The translations under genes and the position numbers were made by a program. From Candidatus Enterousia sp. (GTDB lineage Bacteria; Pseudomonadota; Alphaproteobacteria; Rs-D84): DNA of 64,000 nucleotides. Position 1 is the first letter of the stretch. Each line of letters opens with the position of its first letter. This document shows positions 53,286 to 62,995 of this stretch, piece after piece. Below the pieces are notes generated by a model. It was not told the DNA's origin and searched no databases. It was given only the letters and a program-made list of their open reading frames with translations. The stretch lies in assembly GCA_045648945.1 (NCBI GenBank), contig JAZROX010000047.1:13615-77614 (forward strand), read 5' to 3'.

Positions 53286-53494
53286 ATTTGCGGGTGATTC
53301 CGCGCGCCAAACAAAATAAAATTACCGTCGAAGATGATGGGCGTATTCGTGTTCATATAACCGCCGCACCGGTTGATGGCGCGGCGAACGACGCGGTTGT
53401 CAAGGCATTGGCGAAATACTTTGATGTTCCGCGGTCGCAAATAAAAATCGTTCGCGGTGACACATCCCGTGATAAAGTTATCGAAATTCCTTAG
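53273..53494 (+). CDS. DUF167 (YggU-like) protein
   Basis: LRVIPRAKQNKI...VHITAAPVDGAANDAVVKALAKYFDVPRSQIKIVRGDTSRDKV. Confidence 0.85.
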   Translation: MRRINLRVIPRAKQNKITVEDDGRIRVHITAAPVDGAANDAVVKALAKYFDVPRSQIKIVRGDTSRDKVIEIP

Positions 53495-54048
53495 GCTTTG
53501 TAACTTAAGATCGCATCCATAAGTTCTTTGGGGGTGCCACAGATATTGACCTTGTAATCGTCCAATGTTTCAATAAATTTATTGTTTAACATATCGACAA
53601 TTAAATCATGGAACGATGCCCAAAATCGGCAAGTGTTCAAAAAGAATATCGGTTTGGATGTTTCGCCAATCTGTTGCATGGTTAAAATATCCGTCACTTC
53701 GTTTAGCGTTCCAATGCCCCCGGGTAATATAATAAAGGCATCGGATAATTCATACATTTTTTGTTTCCTTTCATTTACCCCGCCAACAATTTCAACATCT
53801 ATTTCTTTATGGACCGGTTCTTGCAGGGCGACAACATGCTCGGTTGAAATACCGGTTACGTGCGCACCATTTTTAATTGCGGCAGTGGCCACCGTACCCA
53901 TCAATCCGACATTGCCACCACCAAATACCATGTTTAGACCATTTTTTGCGATAAGTTCGCCCATTAAAGCGGCATCATTCATAAATTCGGGGTATAATCC
54001 AAATGTATGACTGCAATAAACTGCGACAGTTTTGATTTTGCTCTTCAT
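53491..54048 (-). CDS. LOG-family (TIGR00730) nucleotide phosphoribohydrolase
   Basis: VAVYCSH...VFGGGNVGLMG...ILPGGIGTLNEV. Confidence 0.85.
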   Translation of the reverse strand: MKSKIKTVAVYCSHTFGLYPEFMNDAALMGELIAKNGLNMVFGGGNVGLMGTVATAAIKNGAHVTGISTEHVVALQEPVHKEIDVEIVGGVNERKQKMYELSDAFIILPGGIGTLNEVTDILTMQQIGETSKPIFFLNTCRFWASFHDLIVDMLNNKFIETLDDYKVNICGTPKELMDAILSYKA

Positions 54049-54088
54049 ATCTTTTTTTCCTTTATTTTCCGGAATTATAGCATAGAAT

Positions 54089-55081
54089 ATGATGGTTATG
54101 AACAAAAATTTTTTGAATTTTATGGGAAAGTTTGCCGGTCAAAAAATGGCCGTCGGCGTTAGTGGCGGCGTCGATTCGGTGGCGCTATTACACTGGTTGG
54201 TGGAAATTGGGGCGGACGTTGTGTGTTTGCATGTGAATCATAATTTACGCCCATCTGCCGCGACCGAGGCGCAGTATGTTCAAGATCTGTGCAAAAAATT
54301 GGGCGTTGAATGTCACGTGTTTTCTTGGGATGGGGACAAGCCGGAAACGGGCCTGGAAGATGCGGCGCGGATTGCCCGATATAAATTTATGACGGATTTT
54401 TGCCACGAACATAAAATTAAAATCATTTTAACCGCGCACCAGGCGGATGACCAAATTGAAACTTTTTGGATGAACCTGGGGCGGGGCAGTGGGGTTTACG
54501 GTTTGGCCGCGATGCACGGCGTGGGTGAAATGGATGGTATTAAAATCGTGCGACCTTTGCTTAATGTGTTTCGTCGCGAGTTACAGGAATATTGCGATTC
54601 GCGTGGTATAAAATACTTTGCGGATGAAATGAACGAAGACCCGCATTATACCCGCGTAAAGATTCGGCAAAATCGGCACTTGGTCCAAGATGCACTGGGT
54701 ATTTCGGATGTGCGCGTGTTATTGGCGATTCAAAATATGGGGCGCGTGCGTGATGCGTTGGAATCGGATGTATCGAAAATGGTTGCGCGTTTTATGATAA
54801 ATGGTCGCGCGATGTTTGGTGAATCTTTTCTATTTGACCTGGGGCCTGATATTGGGCTAAAGTTTCTTGGAACCGTTATTCAAACGGTTGGGGGGGATCG
54901 TTATCAACCAAGGTTAAATTCATTGATGAACGCGATGGAAAAATTGCGTGCGGATTGTAAATTTACGCTTGGACATTGTACTGTGCGGCGCCTGCGTGGG
55001 CGAATTTTGGTTGTGCGTGAGGGACAAAAGACAAGTTTTAGAATCAGGAAAAGATATGGAAAAAAATATATTAAAAAATAA
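54089..55081 (+). CDS. tilS: tRNA(Ile)-lysidine synthase
   Basis: VGVSGGVDSVALLH PP-loop...HVNHNLR...TAHQADDQIETFWMNLGRGSG. Confidence 0.9.
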   Translation: MMVMNKNFLNFMGKFAGQKMAVGVSGGVDSVALLHWLVEIGADVVCLHVNHNLRPSAATEAQYVQDLCKKLGVECHVFSWDGDKPETGLEDAARIARYKFMTDFCHEHKIKIILTAHQADDQIETFWMNLGRGSGVYGLAAMHGVGEMDGIKIVRPLLNVFRRELQEYCDSRGIKYFADEMNEDPHYTRVKIRQNRHLVQDALGISDVRVLLAIQNMGRVRDALESDVSKMVARFMINGRAMFGESFLFDLGPDIGLKFLGTVIQTVGGDRYQPRLNSLMNAMEKLRADCKFTLGHCTVRRLRGRILVVREGQKTSFRIRKRYGKKYIKK

Positions 55082-56930
55082 AAAGCGTAATAATTCTGGG
55101 TTGTTTTTAATTCTGTTCGCGATTTTATTCGTGGGACTGGTTGGTGGTGCGTTTGTGTCGGGTGGTGGCGTTGGCGGCTTTGGCGACGTTGTGGTTGATG
55201 AACCCGTAGAGATGACGTTTTCCGATGTCCTGCGCAGGGCGGGCGAGATTAAAACTATGAAAATTCGCGACAATGTCGCAACCGGCCAATTAAGCGATGG
55301 CAAGAAATATACCGCGGTTATTACATATAATCCGGAATTGTTGGAAAAATTGTCCAATGGTGGAACGGTTGTTTCCATTGATACGTCCAAGGGCTGGGTT
55401 GATTACCTTGGGACATGGGTGCCGATTTTGATGGGGCTGTTCTTTATATGGTGGATTTTCCGTGGAATGCGCGGTGGGGCGGGCGGCCTTGGTCGCACGT
55501 TGCTTGGGCAAAATCCAACAAAAATCGTGACCGGCAAACCAAAGACTACATTCAAAGATGTTGCCGGAATCGATTCGGAAAAACAAGAATTGGCCGAAGT
55601 GGTGGATTTCTTGCGCGACAAATCTAAATTTGCGGCCGTGGGTGCGCGCGTTCCGCGTGGTGTGTTACTTTCGGGGGAACCGGGAACCGGTAAAACATTG
55701 TTGGCGCGTGCCATTGCAGGCGAGGCGAATGTGCCATTCTTTGCCGCATCGGGCAGTGATTTTTCCGGTATCATCGTGGGGCTGGGCGTTGCAAAAATTA
55801 AAGAAATTTTTGAAATGGCAAAACGCAATGCGCCGTGTTTGTTATTCATCGATGAAATAGACGCAATCGGGCAACGCCGCAGCCAGAATTCTTTTAACGA
55901 TCAAGACCGCGAACAGACATTGAACCAATTACTGATTGAAATGGACGGGTTTTCAAATGAAACAGGCATCATCGTTATTGGGGCAACGAATCGACCGGAT
56001 ATGTTGGACCCGGCATTGTTGCGCCCCGGTCGTTTCGATCGCCAGGTTCATATTGATTTACCCGATATGGCGGGGCGCAAGGCAATCTTGGAACTGCACG
56101 CGAAAAAAATTAAAATGCACGAAGATGTGAACCTGGGCGATTTGGCGCGTGGAACAACGGGTTGTTCGGGGGCGGATTTGGAAAACCTGTTGAACGAGGC
56201 GGCGCTGCATGCGGTGCGATCTGGTCATAAAATGGTTGCGCCCGATGATATAGAAGAGGCGCGCGATAAACTAATCATGGGCCCGCGCAAGATTCGTAAA
56301 ATGCGTCCCGAAGATATCAAGTTGACCGCGTATCACGAGGCCGGACATGCGTACGTTAGTACCGTCTATGCCGACGTTACCGACCCGATTCACAAGGCGA
56401 CAATTATTCCGCGTGGGCGGGCGTTGGGGATGGTGCAACATTTGCCAATTGATGATAAAGTTTCGATGTCTTTGGCGGAAATTCGGGCAGACCTGGCCGT
56501 GGCATTGGCGGGACGTGCGGCCGAAGAAATATTCTTTGGTGCGGATAAAATTACGACCGGTGCGGAATCTGATATTGAAATGGCAACGCGTTTGGCGCGG
56601 CGTTCGATTACAACCGCGGGATTGTCCGATAAAATTGGTTTGGTCGCAATAAACCAGGCGCAAACATTCGGCGCGCGCGTGCCGTTGGAAAACGCGTCGG
56701 AAAAAACCGCCGAAATGGTTGATGCAGAAATTAAATCTTGGTTGGAAAAAGCGCACGCGGATGCGGTTCGTATTTTGGGCAAGAACAAGGCGACCGTTCA
56801 AAAATTGGCCGAAGAATTGTTGAAACGCGAAACGTTGACCGGTGAAGAAATTATGCAAATTGTTGGTAAAAAAACAAATAAAAAATCTGTGCGTGTTGTC
56901 AAAACCGTAAACCGAAAGAAAAAGGATTGA
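55056..56930 (+). CDS. ftsH: ATP-dependent zinc metalloprotease FtsH
   Basis: Start at ATG 55056 (overlaps tilS by 26 nt). [28 protein letters not shown] zinc site. Confidence 0.96.
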   Translation: MEKNILKNKKRNNSGLFLILFAILFVGLVGGAFVSGGGVGGFGDVVVDEPVEMTFSDVLRRAGEIKTMKIRDNVATGQLSDGKKYTAVITYNPELLEKLSNGGTVVSIDTSKGWVDYLGTWVPILMGLFFIWWIFRGMRGGAGGLGRTLLGQNPTKIVTGKPKTTFKDVAGIDSEKQELAEVVDFLRDKSKFAAVGARVPRGVLLSGEPGTGKTLLARAIAGEANVPFFAASGSDFSGIIVGLGVAKIKEIFEMAKRNAPCLLFIDEIDAIGQRRSQNSFNDQDREQTLNQLLIEMDGFSNETGIIVIGATNRPDMLDPALLRPGRFDRQVHIDLPDMAGRKAILELHAKKIKMHEDVNLGDLARGTTGCSGADLENLLNEAALHAVRSGHKMVAPDDIEEARDKLIMGPRKIRKMRPEDIKLTAYHEAGHAYVSTVYADVTDPIHKATIIPRGRALGMVQHLPIDDKVSMSLAEIRADLAVALAGRAAEEIFFGADKITTGAESDIEMATRLARRSITTAGLSDKIGLVAINQAQTFGARVPLENASEKTAEMVDAEIKSWLEKAHADAVRILGKNKATVQKLAEELLKRETLTGEEIMQIVGKKTNKKSVRVVKTVNRKKKD

Positions 56931-57331
56931 TTGTGGCAAAATGTTCAGATAAATATGAATTGTATATGGATAATCCTTCGGTGTATGTCCTGAACAGGGA
57001 TAATTTCTTTTGTGGCAATATAACGAAACGCCAAGTAGATAATTTTTTGAAAGAATTATCTAAATATGAATCGGTTCCAGAATCTGGGTGTTTCAATCAG
57101 ATAAGTGCCCATGTTTTGACTAAAAGTTCTAAACATATATTGGTTGTTGCACCAAATAATAATCAAAATTTTGAAGAATTTTATAATGTGTTAAAGATTG
57201 ATTTTGAAGGTGTAAAGTGTAAATGTGATCATTGTTTGGACAATATTAAAAGTGGCCGGTGCAAAGATGATTTTGTTCGTAAAATTATCGGCAAAACCTT
57301 GTTTGGCAGGATGTATGCAAACCAAAAATAA
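56927..57331 (+). CDS. hypothetical Cys-rich protein, family 2 (paralogue of 58609-59034)
   Basis: TTG start overlaps the ftsH TGA; start uncertain, with an alternative ATG at 56966. Shares FFCGNITKRQVDNFL and C..CL....GRC...VRKIIGKTLF...Y blocks with 58609-59034. Confidence 0.5.
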   Translation: MIVAKCSDKYELYMDNPSVYVLNRDNFFCGNITKRQVDNFLKELSKYESVPESGCFNQISAHVLTKSSKHILVVAPNNNQNFEEFYNVLKIDFEGVKCKCDHCLDNIKSGRCKDDFVRKIIGKTLFGRMYANQK

Positions 57332-57336
57332 AGAAA

Positions 57337-57963
57337 ATGCAAAAAAATAAATTTGAAATTTTACAAATGGCGCCCGAATTTACCAATTCGGTCATGGTGT
57401 CGAATGGTGCAGGGTGCGTGATTTTTGATGCGTGGGGGCGCGCGGACGATTGGATAAAGTTATTGAATTCGCGTGGGTTAAAACCGATGGCGATTTATGC
57501 GACGCATGGGCACAGTGACCATATTTCCGCCGCGCCCGCGTTGGCCAAACATTATGATATTCCATGGTTTTTGAATGCACGTGATGTGCCGCTGATTTTG
57601 TGGGGTAATCAGATTCTGGATTTTTGGGAATTGCCGCGTATACCGGATGACTTTGTGCAACCGCATGATTTGACCGCGGGACAGATGAAAATTTTGGACA
57701 ATATAGATATGGATGTTATTGCCGCACCGGGGCATTCATTGGGCGGGCTAATGTTTTACTTTCCGGAATATAAAATATTGCTGACCGGTGATACAATTTT
57801 TCGTGAAGGGGTTGGGCGCACCGATTTGCCGGGTGGTGACGATAAAACTTTGCGTGAATCTATTGCGAATTTGGGCCGAATGAATTTACCCAACGATACA
57901 TATATTGTTCACGGACATGGGGCGGATTCCATGATGCGCGATATTAAAAACCGCTTACAATAA
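57337..57963 (+). CDS. MBL-fold metallo-hydrolase (glyoxalase II-like)
   Basis: YATHGHSDH...APGHSLGG...GDTIFREGVGRTD...HGHG. Confidence 0.88.
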   Translation: MQKNKFEILQMAPEFTNSVMVSNGAGCVIFDAWGRADDWIKLLNSRGLKPMAIYATHGHSDHISAAPALAKHYDIPWFLNARDVPLILWGNQILDFWELPRIPDDFVQPHDLTAGQMKILDNIDMDVIAAPGHSLGGLMFYFPEYKILLTGDTIFREGVGRTDLPGGDDKTLRESIANLGRMNLPNDTYIVHGHGADSMMRDIKNRLQ

Positions 57964-57964
57964 T

Positions 57965-57992
57965 TTGACATTACCACAAGTTGTGCTAAATT
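57965..57992 (+). promoter_or_regulatory. candidate sigma70 promoter TTGACA-N16-TAAATT
   Basis: TTGACA at 57965-57970 and TAAATT at 57987-57992, upstream of ATG 58021. Confidence 0.4.
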
Positions 57993-58020
57993 TATCGCAT
58001 ATAAAAGAAAAGGGTGCAAA

Positions 58021-58596
58021 ATGGCGAATAACGATAATTTTGAAGAAAAAGAAATACAATCCGATGACCCGATAATCCAAAAATGTTTGGATATTATCCG
58101 CGATAAAAGGGCCTGGGTGAAAGATTTATGTGATAATGGTATTTACAGTGTATATATTGGTAGGAAAAAATATTTTCAAATTCAGAGATGTTATAATAAT
58201 TATACGGAATACAATATAGACATAAATTACCAAACTTATAAGTTTTATGGGGCACGGCCGGATTTGGAAGAATTGTATAGGTTGTGTAGTTCTAAATATG
58301 CCGATAAATCAAAAGAAAGACAACAAAACGCACTTGATTTTTTGCGTACCAAAGAACGAAAAAAGACAGGCAAAAAACATATGACCTCGGGACAACGAAC
58401 TGGTATTGTCTTCATGTTGTGGGGATTGTCGATTATAGGGGTGGGTGTGGTAGATTATATAAACAATAAAAAAACGCAACGCGTGGAAGAAAAAGTTAAA
58501 GCATATGAAAAAACTTTGCCGGCAGAGTACTTGGAATATAAACAGGCGGTTGAACACTATCGCGACAGTTTGATGCACGCCAAAGGTCGGCAATAA
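58021..58596 (+). CDS. hypothetical single-pass membrane protein, family 1 (paralogue of 14547-15140)
   Basis: MANNDNFEEKEIQSDDPIIQKCLDIIR..., TM GIVFMLWGLSIIGVGVV, tail KKTQRVEEKVKAYEKTLP...HYRDSLMHAKGRQ. Confidence 0.7.
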   Translation: MANNDNFEEKEIQSDDPIIQKCLDIIRDKRAWVKDLCDNGIYSVYIGRKKYFQIQRCYNNYTEYNIDINYQTYKFYGARPDLEELYRLCSSKYADKSKERQQNALDFLRTKERKKTGKKHMTSGQRTGIVFMLWGLSIIGVGVVDYINNKKTQRVEEKVKAYEKTLPAEYLEYKQAVEHYRDSLMHAKGRQ

Positions 58597-58608
58597 AAAG
58601 GATAAAAA

Positions 58609-59034
58609 ATGAATCAAACGGACAAGAAAACCGTGGTAACCTTGACCAATATTCCACAGGGTTTGGGTGAACGAACGAAATTGAATTGTGGCGAAATAAC
58701 CGAAAAACAGAAACAAGATTTCTTGGCATCAATTATGCGCTTTGACCCAGAATCAACAAATTTTGCCAATCATTGCGGGTTTAATTTGTATTATGATAAA
58801 TTCAATGCTTGGGTTGCTCCGTTTAATATGAAAAGGAACTATAAACCACAATATCGCAGAAATGGTGACAAAGAAATGGTAATAGAAACCATGCCTATGA
58901 AATCCCCCGAATGTGGTGCATATGAAAAAAGCGAATGTCCAAAGTATTTGGCGGACGGCAAATGCACATCGCCATTGGTTAAACGGACCGTTGGTGCACT
59001 GTTGTTCCCGGATAAATATGGGAAAGAAAGATAA
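58609..59034 (+). CDS. hypothetical Cys-rich protein, family 2
   Basis: LNCGEITEKQKQDFL and CPKYLADGKCTSPLVKRTVGALLFPDKY blocks match 56927-57331. Confidence 0.6.
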   Translation: MNQTDKKTVVTLTNIPQGLGERTKLNCGEITEKQKQDFLASIMRFDPESTNFANHCGFNLYYDKFNAWVAPFNMKRNYKPQYRRNGDKEMVIETMPMKSPECGAYEKSECPKYLADGKCTSPLVKRTVGALLFPDKYGKER

Positions 59035-59056
59035 TAAAATGATCAAAGGATAAAAA

Positions 59057-59344
59057 ATGAACAATGCTAAACAACTGACTGAAAGAAAATTTAGAATACA
59101 GAAACCTAATGGCGGGTTTGATGTCCATATTCCTTTATGTAAGGTGAATTTAGGTGATTGCCAAGTATATCAAATGTTGTATCCATTACAAAAAAATATA
59201 AAGATCCGGAATTTACCCTTTACCAATGGCGATGGTAATACAGTTCAACAAAATCGTATAGAAGTTGAAATACCAGATATAGAAACAATAACTTGGTCCA
59301 ATATATATCGTATGTGCAATGAATGTAAGAAAAACATTAGATAA
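59057..59344 (+). CDS. small hypothetical protein, 95 aa
   Basis: RBS AAAGGA; tightly packed after the previous ORF. Confidence 0.5.
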   Translation: MNNAKQLTERKFRIQKPNGGFDVHIPLCKVNLGDCQVYQMLYPLQKNIKIRNLPFTNGDGNTVQQNRIEVEIPDIETITWSNIYRMCNECKKNIR

Positions 59345-59456
59345 AAGATGCTAATTTGAACCAGATTTGGTCAGAGGCAACCGGAAAGTCACCGGCGGCA
59401 TTGGTTGAATTATTCAATAAAACAACCGAAATTTCGCGATAATAAAAAGGCAAAAC

Positions 59457-60362
59457 ATGTCGAATTCGTATGATAAACATGTCTATAGGGTTAAGTCGGA
59501 TGAAGAAATGGCAAAGATCGCGGCCAAGGCAGAGGAAGAATTTCGCGATCAACAAACAATCGAACTGAATAAGGAATTGGACCGGCATAAAACCGAACTC
59601 GATCAATTGCCGGAAATATTTCGTGTCCGAATTGGTGCCTTGCAAGAAGTCAACCCAGAAAAATTTTCGGATTGCCCCGAACTTACCCTGGCCAGTTTGG
59701 CGGCCGCGCGCCTGGTTCGGAGTTTGCCGGACAAATTCCGGGATATTTCAAACACATATTATAACGAGGTTATTTTCAAATATGGGATATTGTGGGACGT
59801 TATCAAACCGAACGCGGTATCAAAATTGGTGTATGCATATCGCGATGATGTAAAAAGCGGCGCAATTGATAAAAATGGTAATGTTAAAAATCTGGCAAAA
59901 TCTAAACTTATGACACTTTGTCACGATTCCGAAGAATATGGCCGGCCGTGTGATGCCAATGGTGTATATTTTCGGTTTAACTGTAAAAAGCCAAAATCGG
60001 GAATAACCCTTAAACAAATTATTCGCAGTCATATACGACCATACAAATACTATTCCGATGATAACAAACTGGTTGGGTCCTATGTCATGCATATGCCGAA
60101 TGAATTTGATGGACGACCATGGCCCAGTATAAAATTTACCCCATCTGTTGGAACGTATGTCGAAACCGCGGTTGGTGCATCAATTCAGATATCGTACGAT
60201 TATCAAACCAATGTTTGGATGGTGTTCCGCGGTGTGCAAATCGATGTGCCGTATAAAACCAAACCCAGCGAGATTGAGGCAATTGTTGATAAATACCTTA
60301 ACGCATGGCATCAATTGGTGGCGACACGTGGGCATCTTGTCGCCGCAGATTATAGCGATTAA
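59457..60362 (+). CDS. hypothetical protein, 301 aa
   Basis: Long ORF with RBS AAAAGG. N-terminal coiled-coil-like stretch. No motif. Confidence 0.6.
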   Translation: MSNSYDKHVYRVKSDEEMAKIAAKAEEEFRDQQTIELNKELDRHKTELDQLPEIFRVRIGALQEVNPEKFSDCPELTLASLAAARLVRSLPDKFRDISNTYYNEVIFKYGILWDVIKPNAVSKLVYAYRDDVKSGAIDKNGNVKNLAKSKLMTLCHDSEEYGRPCDANGVYFRFNCKKPKSGITLKQIIRSHIRPYKYYSDDNKLVGSYVMHMPNEFDGRPWPSIKFTPSVGTYVETAVGASIQISYDYQTNVWMVFRGVQIDVPYKTKPSEIEAIVDKYLNAWHQLVATRGHLVAADYSD

Positions 60363-60386
60363 ACTATATAAAAAGGACAATAAAAG

Positions 60387-60581
60387 ATGGATAAAACAAA
60401 TTCAAAAACAGTTCCAACACCATTGTTCGAGGCATCTACGGCGTACAAGACTATTTTAGATATAAAACCTGATAATAACAATCTTTATGCTTTGTACATA
60501 TATGCGATTGGTGGCCTAGTTCAAATATATGAAAACGATGGCGAAATTATCGATACTTTAATTAGGTGGGTTGTTGACTAA
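60387..60581 (+). CDS. small ORF, 64 aa, continues in frame after a TAA
   Basis: RBS AAAAGGA. See 60582-60749. Confidence 0.45.
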   Translation: MDKTNSKTVPTPLFEASTAYKTILDIKPDNNNLYALYIYAIGGLVQIYENDGEIIDTLIRWVVD

Positions 60582-60749
60582 AAATATGCGGTTTATTCTG
60601 GAATCCACGGTGTCTATTCAATTGGCCAAAATTTTGAGGAAACCTTTGAATTCATTTTGAAATCAAAAGATTACAAAAAATTTGTGATGGCATGTGAAGT
60701 CCGTCGCAAAGAATTGTTTGGCAAAAGCGCAAATAAAAAAACAAGATAA
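60582..60749 (+). pseudogene. in-frame continuation of 60387-60581 beyond TAA 60579-60581
   Basis: Own translation gives KYAVYSGIHGVYSIGQNFEETFEFILKSKDYKKFVMACEVRRKELFGKSANKKTR*. No start or RBS of its own. Confidence 0.35.
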
Positions 60750-60781
60750 AAACGAACCCCGAAAAAACTCTGGGTTTTTAG

Positions 60782-60810
60782 ATTGTAAATATCAATACTC
60801 GTGTGATGCC
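60782..60810 (-). repeat. displaced duplicate of the prmC 3' end (26 of 29 nt identical to 60942-60970)
   Basis: ATTGTAAATATCAATACTCGTGTGATGCC versus ATTGTAAATACTAATACACGTGTGATGCC. It would encode GITRVLIFTI* against the real GITRVLVFTI*. Confidence 0.8.
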
Positions 60811-60940
60811 ACTACCCCACCGCGGTTATCACCCACAAAATCTTTCAAATTTTGTGGGACCCGATACGCGGTCCCCCCTTCGCCAGGAACCCACCCAAAA
60901 AATGCTATGCATTTTTCGGGGCCTGGGGCGAAGGGGATTA
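60811..60940. repeat. REP-like palindromic element, long copy, between the two prmC 3'-end copies
   Basis: Starts ACTACCCCACCGCGG, contains GGGACC..GGTCCCCCC and CCCCTTCGCCAGG...CCTGGGGCGAAGGGGATT. Same ends as the 47034-47094 copy. Confidence 0.65.
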
Positions 60941-61702
60941 AATTGTAAATACTAATACACGTGTGATGCCGGCAAGGTCGCGTTCGGCGCGGATGAATTT
61001 CCATTTGTTTGATGTAAATATGTTTTTTACCGTGGATTCCCCGTCCGCACCAATTTCAACATATATGCGACCGGATTTCTTTATCCAATGTTTTGCATTT
61101 TTTGCAATTTCTTCGTATGCCGCGTTGCCGTTGTGTGCGGCGTATAGTGCGATGTGCGGGTCGTGCATTGCGCCCGCATCCACCCGAGTATCGCCGCGTG
61201 CAATATATGGCGGATTGGAAACGATAACATCAAATTTTTCGCGCACCGCGCCTGGCGTGCCAAAAGACGCGCGCACAATTTTAATTTTGTCCGATAATCC
61301 AAAATTCCTTGTGTTTCGGCGTGCCACGCGAATTGCTGCGCGTGAAATATCGACGCCCACACCGGTCGCCCCATAGATATTTTTTACCAATGATATAATT
61401 ATGCAGCCCGTGCCGGTTCCCAAATCCAGTATTCTTGGCTTTTGCGGATTGTCGGCAATTACCGCGGCAATCAATGTTTCGGTGTCGGGGCGCGGGTCCA
61501 ATGTATATTTATTTGTATAAAACGGCAGACCATAGAACCATTTTTGATGAATTATCTTGGCCACCGGCATGCCGCGGCGCAGCGCGCGTGCGATAAACCA
61601 CACGCGAATGCGTGACAGATTTTTAATGTTGTCTGTGATAATTCGGGCCGCGCGGATGCCGCCGGCGTTTTTCAAAATTTCAAAGGCTTGATTTGTTGTC
61701 AT
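60938..61702 (-). CDS. prmC: release-factor glutamine N5-methyltransferase PrmC/HemK
   Basis: LDLGTGTGCI...VVSNPPYI (NPPY). Start set at MTTNQAFEIL (61702). Confidence 0.88.
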   Translation of the reverse strand: MTTNQAFEILKNAGGIRAARIITDNIKNLSRIRVWFIARALRRGMPVAKIIHQKWFYGLPFYTNKYTLDPRPDTETLIAAVIADNPQKPRILDLGTGTGCIIISLVKNIYGATGVGVDISRAAIRVARRNTRNFGLSDKIKIVRASFGTPGAVREKFDVIVSNPPYIARGDTRVDAGAMHDPHIALYAAHNGNAAYEEIAKNAKHWIKKSGRIYVEIGADGESTVKNIFTSNKWKFIRAERDLAGITRVLVFTI

Positions 61703-61723
61703 AAAAATATTATAATATGCCCC

Positions 61724-62992
61724 ATGGAAAAAGCAAAAAATATTCTTACGTCGCACAGATTTGTTCGTGCGGTCCTGTGGTTGGCCGGCCTTTTGGCCGT
61801 TGCGGCGGTGGTTGTTGTATTGGTCTTTGGTCGTCGCATGGATGTCGATGTGGCGGGACCCGCACCGCGTGACAATAATGTTATCGTTGTAAATGTTGTG
61901 GCGGGGGATACGCTTTCAAAATTATTATCCGAGCAGGGTTTGGGTCACAATGATATAAATGCCATTGCCAAGGTGTTAAAGACAGATGCCGGAATAAACG
62001 GTCTGCGTGCGGATCGGGATAAAATCGAATTCTTGCGTGATGGGGAAAATTCCGCGGTGTCCAAGATTACCGTTGTGCCGGGACCGTGGCGTCGCGTGGA
62101 ACTGACGTGCGACGCGGGTGGCAATTGGCAATGCAACGCGATTGATATTGAACGCGATACGCGCCTGGTTTATCGCCAGGGTGAAATTTTGGATGGTGAT
62201 AGTTTTTACCTGGCGGGTATGCGGGCGGATATTCCCGCCGGTATTTTGGCCGAGGTTTATGATTTATTGGCGTTTGAAATGGACTTTGAACGTGATGTGC
62301 GCGCGGGGCAAAAGTTTTCGGTCGTTTATGAAGAAAATTATCGCGACGGGGAAAAGGTTGATAACGGTTCCGTTGTGGTTGTGTCTTTTGATGCGTTACG
62401 CGGAAATGTTAAGATGTATCGTTTCCGCAAGGCGGACAAGACCGTCGGTTACTATGACCCGAATGGAAATGGTGCGATTAAATCACTGAAACGGACACCG
62501 ATAAATAATGCCAAGGTGACAAGCAGTTTTTCAACCCGGCGCAAACATCCCGTTTTGGGATTTACGCGCGCGCATAAGGGTGTTGATTTCCGGGCACCGA
62601 CCGGAACGCCGATACCGTCCGCCGGTGCGGGTCGCGTTGTCGCACGTGGATATAATCGCGGGCACGGGAATTTTGTTCGGATTCGTCACAATGGATCGTT
62701 TGAAACGCTGTATGCGCATATGTCAAAATTCGCAAAGAATGTAAAGGTTGGAACGCCCGTAAAACAGGGCCAGATTATCGGATATTCAGGTTCAACGGGG
62801 TTGTCGACGGGGCCGCATTTGCACTATGAAATTATCAAAGATGGTAAACATGTGAATCCTATGACGGTTAAATTGCCGGCGATAAATAACCTGGATGCGG
62901 AAAACAAAAAGAAGTTCTTGGAATATCGCGAAACGTTGGACAAGGCGATTGAACAAATATCCGAAAAATCGGGTTCATTTATTCAGATGTAG
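61724..62992 (+). CDS. M23-family murein endopeptidase (membrane anchored)
   Basis: HKGVDFRAPTGTPI...GSTGLSTGPHLHYEI. Confidence 0.9.
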   Translation: MEKAKNILTSHRFVRAVLWLAGLLAVAAVVVVLVFGRRMDVDVAGPAPRDNNVIVVNVVAGDTLSKLLSEQGLGHNDINAIAKVLKTDAGINGLRADRDKIEFLRDGENSAVSKITVVPGPWRRVELTCDAGGNWQCNAIDIERDTRLVYRQGEILDGDSFYLAGMRADIPAGILAEVYDLLAFEMDFERDVRAGQKFSVVYEENYRDGEKVDNGSVVVVSFDALRGNVKMYRFRKADKTVGYYDPNGNGAIKSLKRTPINNAKVTSSFSTRRKHPVLGFTRAHKGVDFRAPTGTPIPSAGAGRVVARGYNRGHGNFVRIRHNGSFETLYAHMSKFAKNVKVGTPVKQGQIIGYSGSTGLSTGPHLHYEIIKDGKHVNPMTVKLPAINNLDAENKKKFLEYRETLDKAIEQISEKSGSFIQM

Positions 62993-62995
62993 ATT

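Noticed and set aside
60579-60581. Stop-codon reassignment as an explanation of the in-frame TAA
   Set aside because: All conserved genes in the window terminate normally with TAA/TAG/TGA under the standard bacterial code.
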